The notes under the pieces: model-generated | Database searches by the model: none | Seen by the model: only the letters and a program-made list of their open reading frames with translations | What the model was told of the DNA's origin: nothing | Shown: positions 25,335 to 37,387 of the stretch, piece after piece | Layout of the letters: each line of letters starts with the position of its first letter | Position numbering within the stretch: the first letter of the stretch is position 1 | Source: Zancudomyces culisetae HAW-14-8 | Lineage: Eukaryota > Fungi > Kickxellomycota | NCBI GenBank assembly: GCA_052426225.1 | Contig: JBNJNM010000011.1 | Location: 186,001 to 250,000 of the forward strand | Length of the DNA stretch: 64,000 nucleotides | Direction: 5' to 3' | Position numbers and translations under genes: made by a program

Positions 25335-27510
25335 GGATGGATGGCTGTGTGTATTCATAGTTAGAGAACATCTTGTAGTTGATATTTTTATTATTAGTTA
25401 ATCGAGTTGGTAGTTTAAAAAAACATGCAAGTGTATATATAGTACTGAATAAAACTAGTTCAGATAGATGTATGGTGGCAATATGGTCATTTTGTATTTT
25501 TGGTATTATTTTTTTCTCTTCCTCTTGAATGAAAACCAGAGGCAGGAAAATGCTGAACTTAACTCATTATCAAAAATGTGTGTGCCGAGAAAACGCGTCA
25601 GTTGGAGAAATGTACCCTTATATACTGGAGGTCTCCATGCTTGGTGTCGTTTGAGCTTGTCGCATTCAGTCTCTGCGTGCAGCTGCCAAAATGTTGGATT
25701 AAACGGTACAGTTCGCTTTTGTTGTTCTTGTTACTCTACATAAAGGATGCCACTACACGCATGGCTATGTGTGTAGTGGTTGGGTGTGCTATGTGGTGAA
25801 TGATCTGCGTAGCTCAGGTTGCCGATAGTATTTTTTTTTAAAAAAAAAGACTAATCATTGCCAAATACATACTTTGTATCGCTACTGTTCTTGTAAGTTT
25901 AAAAAAATTAAAGGCTAGTTAGTTGTTCATTGTGTACAAAATACAAGAGAACAGGGCAAAGGTAGTTAAACCATACCCATTTCATCACGAAACTTTATGC
26001 ATATCACGTTTTCGTGAGCAGTTTTTAGAATACATGTTTTAAGATATTTGGTTCTAACACTTTATCACATTTTTATTAGCTGTAGCATGGTGGTTGAACT
26101 CTGACAGCTATCGCCCTGCCTTTACACGTTGATGATATCAGGTGCTAATATACTTTTTGGTACCATTTCTGGCACACTAACCCTAAAACTTGGTATACAC
26201 CGTCACCCACTCTGCACCTATGCATGATTTGCGTGTCAATCTGTGTTATATAATAATTTTATTGGGAAACAACTGGCATATTATTATTACAGCAGCCTAT
26301 AAGCGCAAAAACAAAGGTGTTTTTTATCAAAGCTCTGTTTTTAATATACACATTACCTTTATTTTTGTTTTTTTTTTCTCTAACCTTGGTTCCTTTTTTG
26401 CACTCATTTTTTTGCGAAAATAGATGCAAGGTTTCTGAAAAAAAAATTGACCAACAATTTACAAGCTGGAGAAATGTTAATTGTTCAACGCAATCAAGTC
26501 AAAAAATAACCACAAAACAAAGTAAATAAAGACTAGCTATAATTAAACCAAAATGTTCATCTCAGCCCAAATACAAAGATATTTGCCCAGTTTCGCCCTT
26601 TGGGACCTTTAAGGTGATTTGCTTTGACACCTTATTCTAACATCTGAAACCTGGGTTTTCACGCAAAAAATAAAATAATAAAATTCAGACAATGTTCACA
26701 CAAATATCAGCAATAAACTTTGTCTTACGCAGGTCCGTGGTAAAAAAAAGCATAGCAAAACAAAGCATAACAGGGCTGACTTGATATTCAATTTTTAAGT
26801 GATACAGAGCATCTGAGTACCAAATATACTCGGATGGTTACCTCTTTCCACAAAAAGCTCTATATCTCATACAAGGACCAGAATACTATCCATCACACAG
26901 CTCAATTTAGCCATCCTCCAATAATGTAGTAAAATACGAAAAGCTACCTAAATATCACTACCTATACCCTGGAGACAACACACATCAGTATTATGGAAAG
27001 TTTCTTGATATCGTAAATACCGGTATAGTTGCCTTACACGTATAATTTAAATATTCTCGACTGAACATAAGGGTTACTTTATGTGTAGAGTATATAATTT
27101 TTTATGGTGATTCGGTTTTTTAGAAAATTCTATTATTAATTTTGAGGTTTAGAACGATCTGATAGAAAACATATACATGTAAGGATAAAGAGAACAAACG
27201 ACGAATATATTTGAACTTTAGGGTAGAACAAGAATATTTATGTATGCTTATGTGTGTTAGGAATCGATCGTATCACATTTTCATACTTACAAGATATTAT
27301 TCCAGGCAAAAGAAATTGTTGAACCTGAACATTTTGATTCATAGTAAGGGAGTAGAGCAAGAATAGTTACACAGATCGGGACGACTGAAATAAGACCCAG
27401 TCTCGAATATTATTGTATAAAAAGTCCTATCGGTTAGAAACCAGTTTCTGAAGAAAGAGTGGGAAAAAAATAATAAAGAGAATAAAGAAGGAGGGAGGAT
27501 CAACATCAAG

Positions 27511-30500
27511 ATGTATGCTGAATCCACAAGTCAACACTACAGGGAAAATGACATCACCATCTTAGAAATAGATGGGATGTATAGTACATCCTGTGTTGAA
27601 AGTATAAAAACAATACTGCAAGCCGCCGAAGGAGTATTTGATATAAGCGTTGATTTAGATACAGGAGAAGCGACTATAGTACATTGCCTAGAAAGCATAA
27701 CCAGTGATGACATATTGAGTATAGTTGTGAGAATGGGGTATAGTGCAACTATAAAGCAAACTGAGAGGCCTCTGTATAATCATACATCCATAAAGCTTAG
27801 CAACAGTTTACAGGTGTGCAGTGAACTTGATGGCGAGGATTATGCGCTGCAGAATAATGAAAGCACTTTGAGCAACTTTGAACATATTCCACAAGATAAT
27901 AGCTCATACTTGGAAATAAAACTAAAATTATCTCCTCCAATAAAGGGAATTATAGAAGGAGAGTGTATAAAAAACCTTGTCCTTGGAAAAAAAGGGATCT
28001 TAGGAGTAAACGTATGTATATTCACCTCAGAAGTGTTGGTAAGATATATACCTACATGTGCCGGTCCAAAGGAGGTAATTTCTAAAATAGAAAGACTGGG
28101 ATATTCAATAACTGAAAAAAATAAAGATGAGTTGTTGGTAAATGTGAAAGAGTCATTCTTCTGGATTATGAACGAATCTATAAACGAACTAGTTAAAAGG
28201 AAAAAAAAAGATAAAAACAGGATGCTGAAGTCGGTATATCTATCAATACCAACAATCTTGATAGCTTCCATACTTAGTATAAAAGAATATACATCGTCTG
28301 GCCTATATTCATTTTTTAACAGATATCTATTCGAGGGTATACGACTAAAGGCAATAATTTCGTTGCTTTTCGCTACAACATCACAAATCTTTTTTGGAAT
28401 CAGAATTTACCGAAAGATGGTGCTTTCAATTTTAAAGAAAAGGATGGATGTAGACTTATTATATGGAGTTGTGTTGATTCTCATGTTTTTGGAAGGAATA
28501 GTAGCTTTGTTGATAAAGCAAGGTGATACAAAACACTTCTTGGATTCTGTAGTTATTATCACCACGTTATTCTTGCTACAGGAATATATTGAATCAGCAA
28601 AGAAACTACACACATATAATATGTATCAGAAGAATATAGAAAAATCAAAAATGGGATACTTGGTTGTATTGGAGAACACCGGAACTGACACTGTTTCAAA
28701 TAAACTAGGGCTATACAATGTACAGGAGTTGCAGATAGGCGATTTGATACAACTAGGAGTTAACGAAGTAGTACCTAGTGATGGAATTCTAGTGAGTAAA
28801 ATCGGTGTATTCAGCAATCTTGACTTTATGGGAAATAAATCTCCGCTACTAAAACAAAGAACCGATTCAATAATCGCGGGTTCTGTAAATATTGGCGAGG
28901 TGTGTTATATCCGGTTAACCAAAAAGATAAACGAGTCGATACTGGATACTATATTTCAAAGCATTTACTATATTTCAGAACACAGCAAGTCCAAGTTTCA
29001 ACTACTAACCGAAAATATTGATAAAGTGTTTTTTCCATTAGGGGTATGTATGTCAATACTGGTATTTATAATATGGACCAATCTAAATATTTTTAATTCC
29101 ACGTCATCCAATTTTTCCCAAAACAAACTGATACTGATTCTCTTTAAAGACTATTACATAAATACACGCAATAATGAACAAACCGAAAACGTGATACCTG
29201 CTGGAGGAATAAGTAAAAGTGGAATAAACAACCTTGTATTTAATGGAATAACTCAGGCCACAACAAGTGCTTTAAGTATAATCATTATCTTATGTTCGAT
29301 ATCTTTATCAAAATACGTCAACTATATCATAAACTTGAGTGTTTGTGCTCTTGCAAAAAGCGGGATATTAATAAAAGACAAATATTTGGTATTTAGCAAG
29401 GCTGCAACCTCAAATGTGGTTGTATTCAAAAGAACGGGTGTCTTGACTGTCGGGAAACCAAGGGTGCTAGATTTTGTCTCTGATTTTAAAAGCCAAGTCA
29501 GAGTACCCAAGGAATTTGAGGAATTTATTATTGGAGAATTAACCTGTTACTTTGAGAACATTGTTAGTAGTGCTGAAAGTATTAAAAAAAACCACATTGC
29601 AAAGGCTATTGTAGAGCATATCCAACTCAAAAAACCACCACCGCAAAAATACGTTACGCAAAATAAGGATCCAGTAATCTACCCCCGTATCACCAGGGAT
29701 AACAGTTGTCAAAACTCTGCTGCTTCATCTGAAAATGAAATTAATATCAGCCTAGCATCGAACAATGATAGTATTTCAGAAAAAAGAAATCCTGGTGTTA
29801 GCTGTATAAACTCACTTTGTTCGTTCTCCATAGGCTCAGTAGCTTCGTCAGATATAAAACAAGGCTATGGTAGTTCCTTTTATAGTGTGGGTGATGAGAC
29901 AAAAACTAAAGACAACTCCCTACTAGATACCTTTCATGTTGTCAAAGAAAACTATGATATGACTGGAAAGGAGGGTTGTGCAACTGATAAAATGTTTAAA
30001 AATATCATAGACTCATCTGTGAACCCCGAAAACCCGGACGATTGTATTCAGCAAATTTTAGATATTCCAGGAAAAGGGATGGTAGTAACAATTAGCCCAT
30101 CTGTGTTTATAAAAAGTCATCTAAGCACCAACTCTGATTTAAAGGCAATCAACCTGTATATAGGGGGAGTAAAATGGCTGATAGAGAGTGGATTCAAACT
30201 TTCCGAACTCATGCAACTAAAAATTTCTAATTGGGAAAATCAGGGGCTAACGTGTATTGCTGTCGGAATTTCAGAAGTGTTGGAGAAGCGGCCATCCAGA
30301 GTTAAAAATGAGTGTATCTCAGAGTACTTTTTAAGATCAATATACACTCCAAATGGTGACCTCAAACAAAGCACTCATAAGACAAACATGAAACATGTTT
30401 CTTTTTTTGAGAACGCAGATGAGGATAAAGATGGCGACTATGATATCGGTAACAGCTATGTGATATGTGCCTATTGTGTAGGAGACAGTGTTAGGGAAAC

Positions 30501-31392
30501 TACCAAACATGTTGTAGAGTATTTGAAGTCAAGTGGTGTGCAGGTATGGCTTGTTTCTGGTGATTCAAATGCAAGTGTCAGGAATTTTGCGAGTAAAGTT
30601 GGCATAGAGGAGTGTATAGCTGAGACTCACATCAATAAGGTGCCTCAAATAATTAAGTTACTACAAGAAAATAGGATTCAGAGCAATGACACAGGTGTCG
30701 AAAAATCCAATGATGGAGGTGAATCTGATATTTTTTCCGCATCCAAGACATATATAAGTTCCTTTCGGAATAATAAAATCAAGTTATCGACTGATTACAA
30801 TTTGGAAAACTACGAGTCGTTGACGCAAAAAACACTGAAAGGTACATCTTTGCCTGCAAACAGGAATCGGTTTTATAACAAAAGGAAAAATATTTTTGCG
30901 CAAGCATTTTATGGGACTTTAGACTCTCTTTTCTATCTTGTGAGATTAGTGAAGAACAAGCTAGCTAAGAAAAGTCACAATTCTTTTTGCAAAAACAATA
31001 GCAATAAAAAATCTAGGGTTATATTTGTATCCAACAACAGTACAATGGACAGTGTCTTTAATGCAGCTGATATTGGGATCTTGATGCACACAGAAGTAGA
31101 ATTAGCACGTTTAGGTAATGCTCCGATTGTTGTCCTGAATGAAACTCTCTCTTCGGTTCTGAGAATTATACTATTTGTAAAAGCTACAAATGTTTATGTA
31201 ATTGTGTGCATATTGTTGTGTTCTATTTACTTTGCGCTTGTAGCGATAGTTGCAACTGGTATCTTGGTTCCTGGTTCTGGGATTGGTGCCGACCCTGTAC
31301 TCTCACAGGGCTTTTTAATAGCTTTAAGTGGTTTTATGCATTTATTGAATATTGTTTTTATAAAATATTGCAGAGTTAGACTTTTGAGTTAA
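27511..31392 (+). CDS. P1B-type (Cu-ATPase/Ccc2-like) ATPase homolog with degenerate catalytic motifs (putative pseudo-ATPase)
   Basis: Two HMA-like domains, TM region, VPSDG and AGSVN (A domain), VVVFKRTGVLTVGKP (normally FDKTGTLT.GKP), PGKG, GDSVR, LVSGD, AADIGI. Domain order matches P1B ATPases. Confidence 0.9.
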   Translation: MYAESTSQHYRENDITILEIDGMYSTSCVESIKTILQAAEGVFDISVDLDTGEATIVHCLESITSDDILSIVVRMGYSATIKQTERPLYNHTSIKLSNSLQVCSELDGEDYALQNNESTLSNFEHIPQDNSSYLEIKLKLSPPIKGIIEGECIKNLVLGKKGILGVNVCIFTSEVLVRYIPTCAGPKEVISKIERLGYSITEKNKDELLVNVKESFFWIMNESINELVKRKKKDKNRMLKSVYLSIPTILIASILSIKEYTSSGLYSFFNRYLFEGIRLKAIISLLFATTSQIFFGIRIYRKMVLSILKKRMDVDLLYGVVLILMFLEGIVALLIKQGDTKHFLDSVVIITTLFLLQEYIESAKKLHTYNMYQKNIEKSKMGYLVVLENTGTDTVSNKLGLYNVQELQIGDLIQLGVNEVVPSDGILVSKIGVFSNLDFMGNKSPLLKQRTDSIIAGSVNIGEVCYIRLTKKINESILDTIFQSIYYISEHSKSKFQLLTENIDKVFFPLGVCMSILVFIIWTNLNIFNSTSSNFSQNKLILILFKDYYINTRNNEQTENVIPAGGISKSGINNLVFNGITQATTSALSIIIILCSISLSKYVNYIINLSVCALAKSGILIKDKYLVFSKAATSNVVVFKRTGVLTVGKPRVLDFVSDFKSQVRVPKEFEEFIIGELTCYFENIVSSAESIKKNHIAKAIVEHIQLKKPPPQKYVTQNKDPVIYPRITRDNSCQNSAASSENEINISLASNNDSISEKRNPGVSCINSLCSFSIGSVASSDIKQGYGSSFYSVGDETKTKDNSLLDTFHVVKENYDMTGKEGCATDKMFKNIIDSSVNPENPDDCIQQILDIPGKGMVVTISPSVFIKSHLSTNSDLKAINLYIGGVKWLIESGFKLSELMQLKISNWENQGLTCIAVGISEVLEKRPSRVKNECISEYFLRSIYTPNGDLKQSTHKTNMKHVSFFENADEDKDGDYDIGNSYVICAYCVGDSVRETTKHVVEYLKSSGVQVWLVSGDSNASVRNFASKVGIEECIAETHINKVPQIIKLLQENRIQSNDTGVEKSNDGGESDIFSASKTYISSFRNNKIKLSTDYNLENYESLTQKTLKGTSLPANRNRFYNKRKNIFAQAFYGTLDSLFYLVRLVKNKLAKKSHNSFCKNNSNKKSRVIFVSNNSTMDSVFNAADIGILMHTEVELARLGNAPIVVLNETLSSVLRIILFVKATNVYVIVCILLCSIYFALVAIVATGILVPGSGIGADPVLSQGFLIALSGFMHLLNIVFIKYCRVRLLS

Positions 31393-31699
31393 TTTCAATT
31401 TTTGATAGTGGAGGGGATAAAGATAGAGGTAAAATCCATGTGTGAATATATATAAATATGTGTTTGTGATCAAGAAAAGGTATTGAATGTAAAATATAAT
31501 ATAATACGTCAACAATAAGTTGATGAGATTTAGATTTGTGCATAAGTTTATTGTATACACTGTTGGTTGTAGATTACTAATTTTATGAAAGTTCACTCTT
31601 GATATGACAGTTTCAAAAAAACTGTAAATAAAAAACTTGGTGAGTAGATAACAAAAATGGTGAGGAAAAAAAATACTAAAATAGGTAAAAACGAGCTGG

Positions 31700-33142
31700 T
31701 CAAAGCGTATATCTAAAGTTGGGATGTGCATCATAGAGAAGCATTTGCTCATCTTCGGATAAATTTGTGATATCTACAGGGCTTTTATCTCGCCTTGCGT
31801 TTTCGCTCTTAAAGTACTGAGCCATAAAGAATATCAACACCATCCCAATGACACCACAGGCAATGTTATAAACAAAACCAATTGTATAGCTAGGACTGTA
31901 TTTGGTGGTAAACATAAATGGTACAACGGCACCAGCTGCATTTCCGAATGCAAAACAAACGGCGGAGACCACCAAGCGCTTACCAATACCACCCTGGTTT
32001 ATAGACATCCACGACAAAAATATAGGAAACGCTGGATTGGTGAATCCACCAAGTGTGAATGCAATTAATCTTATTGTTTTTCCTTTTGCAAATGCCATTA
32101 TTGTACCAAATGTCGTGGCAATGAGCATCATAGATACAATCACAACATACATAGGAATTCGTTTTGGAATAAAAATCGAGCCTATTATCGCAACTACACC
32201 AAGTGCTGATGGTAGTATGGTTAGGTACGTTGCATTTACGCCACTGTATCCCAAAGATACCATAAGAGTAGGTCCAAAATAGCCGTATGTGATTAGTCCA
32301 TTTGCAATACCAAGGCTTCCCATACAATATACTACTGTTTTCCAGTCAAGCATGGAGTTAATAATTGTTTTAAAATTGAGCGTTGTTTTGGAGGCAAGAC
32401 CCTGGTCAGCGCTCAGTTTCTTTAAGAGCACTGCTCGCTCTTCATTTGTTAACATTGTACAAGTCTCTGGGTAGTCTTGTATTAAAAAGATAGCAACAAT
32501 TCCACAAATAAGGGTTATCCCCCCCTCTACCAAAAATATCATCTGAAATGGGTGTAGGTTAGATTTAATTGACGCTAGAGCAGCGGCCAGGGGACTACCA
32601 ATTATTCCTGAAAGTGGAAGTGATGCAAAAAATATTGACATTCTTGAGCCAATCTCCTCTCTCGTATACCAGTATGGTAGGTATGCAATAATCCCAGGTG
32701 AGAATCCAGCATCAAATGCACCCAAAAGCGTTCTAAGAATTATCATGACCAATGCAGACTTTGCTAGTGCTTGGAGCATACAAGTAATTGACCAGCATAT
32801 GGCAAGAGTACAAAACCAAACTCTTGGCTTTAGCTTTTTTAAAAGAACATTAGCAGGTAGTTCGAGCGTTATGTAAAACAAGTAAAACATGGATGTTATC
32901 AGTGCTTGCTCAGTGGGAGTTAGTTTCATAGTTCTGATCATCCCGTTTACGAGTGCTGCACCAACATTTGCTCTGTCCATTAAAGACCCAATATAAAGAA
33001 CCACGAGTGTGGGGAGGAGTCTGGTATCCAATTTTCTCAAAACCCTTTTTGCAGCAGCCTGCTCCTGTGGTGTCAGCACCACCTTTGTGTTGAGTGTTAC
33101 TTTTTCATTATATGCTATACTGCTCTTTTCAACATCTTCCAT
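31700..33142 (-). CDS. MFS transporter, anion:cation symporter family (Tna1/Dal5-like)
   Basis: KLDTRLLP, DRANVGAA, ELPAN, RTLLGAFDAG, WYTREE..R, IFLVEG, HPNFRYTL. Confidence 0.92.
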   Translation of the reverse strand: MEDVEKSSIAYNEKVTLNTKVVLTPQEQAAAKRVLRKLDTRLLPTLVVLYIGSLMDRANVGAALVNGMIRTMKLTPTEQALITSMFYLFYITLELPANVLLKKLKPRVWFCTLAICWSITCMLQALAKSALVMIILRTLLGAFDAGFSPGIIAYLPYWYTREEIGSRMSIFFASLPLSGIIGSPLAAALASIKSNLHPFQMIFLVEGGITLICGIVAIFLIQDYPETCTMLTNEERAVLLKKLSADQGLASKTTLNFKTIINSMLDWKTVVYCMGSLGIANGLITYGYFGPTLMVSLGYSGVNATYLTILPSALGVVAIIGSIFIPKRIPMYVVIVSMMLIATTFGTIMAFAKGKTIRLIAFTLGGFTNPAFPIFLSWMSINQGGIGKRLVVSAVCFAFGNAAGAVVPFMFTTKYSPSYTIGFVYNIACGVIGMVLIFFMAQYFKSENARRDKSPVDITNLSEDEQMLLYDAHPNFRYTL

Positions 33143-33343
33143 GGCTTTTGGATGGCAATACCTTTTTTTCTAAAATTGTATAATTAGCAGTATCAAAACG
33201 GTTTTTGTTGTTTTAATTCCCTCTTTTGGTTTTAAAAATATATATTTCAAAAACACAAACTCGTGTTACAGAGAGAAAAAAAAGGAGTGTAGTTGTTGGA
33301 TTTATAGACCTTTTAAGGCTATGTTACCCGCGTGGAACGTTAA

Positions 33344-33347
<4 letters not shown>

Positions 33348-33393
<46 letters not shown>

Positions 33394-33395
33394 AA
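33348..33395. repeat. Hexamer microsatellite (gtgaaa) x8
   Basis: Seen directly, about 200 bp upstream of the MFS start codon. Confidence 0.92.
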
Positions 33396-36300
33396 ATGGT
33401 TTAAAAGTCTGTTCCCCTTACACCCATTCAATCATATATTCCTGTAGGGTCAGGATGCCTTCTTGCTTTCACGAGTAAAGCTGAAACAACAGACACACCT
33501 TTTTGTTTTGATGAATATACTAAACAGATGCCACATGAAACACCAAAAAAAAAATTCACATAAATCTAGCTATATCCAACTTTCACTATCCTGTTAGGAG
33601 CCTACATGCTTACTGGGGGGTGGCGCAAATATCAAAAAGAGAACAGATGAAAAAATGTTGATTCATCAACAGAAAATTCCAAAATTTACTACATCTACAA
33701 ACCTAGGCGCTACTATTTTAAGCTTTGCATTGTGGCAGACAAAAAAAAAGGGGAAGGGGGGGGGAGAAGACAAAAAGGTAGATGAAAAAAGACTAATTCT
33801 AAACATCAAAGACCTAGTAAATCTGTTTTCCATTTGTTCCAGTATACCAATAATCAGTAGAGCGAGTATTAGATGTCTTTTCAATCGATAGCTCATTTAT
33901 CACATATATTTATAGTGCAAAAAGTCGTTAGTTCTTTGGATAAGAAGGAGAAGAGGGGGTCCTTATAAATTTATGTGAAAAATTATTGTGAATATAATAC
34001 CTAATGTTTTTTACGATGCGTATCTTTTCAATTCAGATGGATGTTCAAAACTAAAAGATACCAATTTTACAACATAAAGATCAATCGTTACTTATCGCAA
34101 AATAGCACAAATAGCTGGTACAGATACTACATTTTAAACACACTATAAAAAAATATGGGTTCAAGACACAGTACATGGCGTTGAAAGACTGATAGCACGG
34201 AAATCAATAGTGTTTGTGACTTATACAGTATGTATATAGATAGCTACACTATCACTTCATGGTTTACTATCGAGTGTCACCACGTGCTACCAAGTGCCAC
34301 CATTTAACTAACATTACCGGTGTTAATTTGTTCTCTAACCATATATACTATTTTTTTGAGGGTTTAATTTATCCCTTTTTGGAGAGGACCAAAATGCATA
34401 ATATGAATGAGAATTAAATCTTAGATAGCTTTGGCCGTTTCCTGTACAATACTGTGATTTTTAATTGAATTAACAAGTAGAACTCGTTGTAAAAAAGGGA
34501 AAGCCCATACATAGATGTGTAACCGCATTTTGTTAGCAGGTAGTAGGGCTACTGGTGACAGTGATCACACTGGCTAATCTCAGTACACTATGAGCTGTAC
34601 AAAATACTAACTTCATCTCAATACTGTAAGAAAGAACAGTTTCATTTAAAGAACCGCTTTAAAATATTACATGGTATTAAAGTAGAGGATATTTATTACA
34701 GCGTGAAAAGACACCAAAAAGACAGAATACACGTTTTGTGTATGACCACGCGTCGCCTGTAGACTTACTAATGCTAAGCTTTACAAAAAAAGGATACTAG
34801 TTGTGCTGTTTTAGTAGGCAGTTTAGTCATTTAGGTGCGGATAAATACAGCTTAATCAATAGAGTTTTTTTTTGTAATTAGAGATTACTGCTGTCATTTA
34901 GAGAGTACCTTATTTTTATATATGCACATGCTTATAGTTGTATATAAACAAAAGATAATAGATTTTTTTCGTTCTCTGGTTTTCCTATCTTTTCCCCCCT
35001 GTTATTAGTTAAAACAACGCAAATTAAAGGTATTGGGTGTTTTTACCACCATAACCAGTGATATAAACAGAGAAAATCTATCAGTTTGCATGTGGTCTGT
35101 TCTCTGATGATAGTAAGGTCTGGTTGTGTAGTCGTAATGCTCAAAGCATCCCCAAATATATTAGTGAGAAATCCAAACTAACCAATCACATGACACAAAT
35201 GTACAAAACAATGCGATTGGATGCAAGATTTGAACAAGATGTGATGTCTATTTAGTTTTTAAGGTATTTGTGAGAGAGAGAGGTGGGTGGGGTGATAAGT
35301 AAAGTACCCTTTTTTTTAGTGGGAAGGTCTATCGTAATGGCTAGAGGCTAAATTAAAAACGTGTACAATTGTTGCAAGCACTTGAGACCAAGCTTAAGTC
35401 AGGTAAAAGTCATTCGTTACAGCCAGTCAGCATAACCCTAGATATTTACACAGATAAATAAATATAGCCAGCCTCCTAGGGTATACTTGTTTGGTAGTGA
35501 TTTATAGAAAGGTGTGCGTAAAATATATACTTTAGTAAACGGTAGTAGTAGTAGTAATGATTGAAAGATGACACGATCCTATGAGCTAGAATGATCTTTT
35601 GATGAAAACTGGTTTTTTCAATTATGGGTTCGGCCATAGGGGTTAGGAAAACATCAATTTACTTTTATTAGTAAAGGTTTGGAATATTTGAAGCAAGGTT
35701 GGGTGTGTCTGCTTTTTCTTGACTCTGGCTCATTTGGTTTAGCATGCCTTGATATTGAATTAAAATTGATGACATGTATATACTTGGGAGTGGTTTTATT
35801 TTCTGGTAGAAATTTGTCAGCTGAAACTGAAATAAATAATACAGCTTTACTCTAATAAAATTATAAAATGAGGATTTTGCGAATCAGCTCAATAAATGAA
35901 TTAAAATCACACACTCGTACTACCTTCCAAGACATGGCTAGTCGTTCTTTGGTTATTGATTAATTACAAAACATTTGGATGATGGATGTTTAAAGGATGT
36001 CAAAAGTATACAAAGCCCCTATCTTTTGTCTGAATAGAAGAAAAGGGGTATAAAAAATGAGGTGTGATAAATACCCTTAGCTATCATAAAGTGACGCTGA
36101 GAACTACGCTACTAACACAAAACAAATAAATAAAGAAATAATATCAGGCAGAAAATGCTGGAACCCTGGTTGCAGTTTTATGTAACGCTAAACTATGCAC
36201 TATTTTTTGCTACAAACACAGTACCACCAATCAACATTAGTTATCATCGTCTAAGTGATACAAAACGAACTATTTAAGCACCAAATTGTGAATAAAGAGG

Positions 36301-37387
36301 TCAAAGAGAACAGGATTGACAATCTTGGGAATTTGCTTCATAAGAATTAATAATACTTTGCAAAAGAAAAGGGGGAGAAGAGGGGATGGCTTTGGGTAGA
36401 ATAATAAGTTATGGAATCTTGGGAAACATGGAAGAGTTATGCTTTAATAACGCCTAAGAACGGATTGGTTATAACCCACAATTTTATGTGGATATTATAT
36501 ATTTTCAAAAAATCAAGTCTCATTAAAAGAAAAACAATTTATCTTTATTTGCCAATACAGCAGTTATTTATGAGGAACCATATCAACTTCCTAATTAGCT
36601 TATTTCTTAAATAGTAAACTCTCAGAAACAGGAAGGGAATCGAAGACGTCAAAGTTAAAGAAAAAATAAACGGAGTATTGCAATGATACCAGTATTGGGG
36701 GCAGGTTTATTTTTTTTGAGAACTTTTGATTGGCTTTGTAGGAGCTTCTGTAGAAACCATAAACAAATGCTGACCTCACGAAAACACAAATCCGAATCCC
36801 TATCAACTGGTCAAGTCATTTACAAAAACAATAGTCTGCAAATCTTAAAGCGAACAATAGAAATTTCTGTCAATTTTATCAGGTAAAAAAGAAAATCAGC
36901 AATAAGGTGATAAATGCATAAATTCCCATAAACTAGTAAATAATAGGCGCGAAATGAAATAACAACAACATAAACTATATAAGAACTGTAAGTAATTTTG
37001 TAATGGTCATTGAAAAAAGAAAAAGATTAGTGGTATACTTGATATTCATTAGCTGAAATAAAAAGGATTTGTAATTAATTTAGATCAAAAGCTAATAATA
37101 GGAATACCTTTAATTTCCGTTGATTTTGTCCACAAAAAAATAATAAACCATACCCTTCCTTTATATATAAAGGCTTTGAAGCAAAGGAAAAAAAGTTTGT
37201 AGACTTATCTTAAGTTATATTTACGTCGTATCTCAATAAAAAAATAAGGTTGAAAGAAATAGACTTTTTTTCAAACAAATACATTTTTGTGCATAGAGTG
37301 TAGTGTAGTAACGTTAATACTGACGACTTTTAGTGACCTGGATATCATTAGGAGTAAATAAAAACAAAACAACATATAATAACGAAA

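Noticed and set aside
25468-25799. Short overlapping ORFs downstream of H3
   Set aside because: No recognisable domain or consistent splice structure.
33430-33500. ATATTCCTG resembling the snR30/U17 m1 motif
   Set aside because: The partner AAACCAT motif and supporting hairpin are absent.
33400-37380. 4-kb gene-free region with a few 67-78 aa ORFs
   Set aside because: AT-rich divergent intergenic DNA; the ORFs are F/L/K/I-biased as expected by chance, and no terminal repeats were seen.
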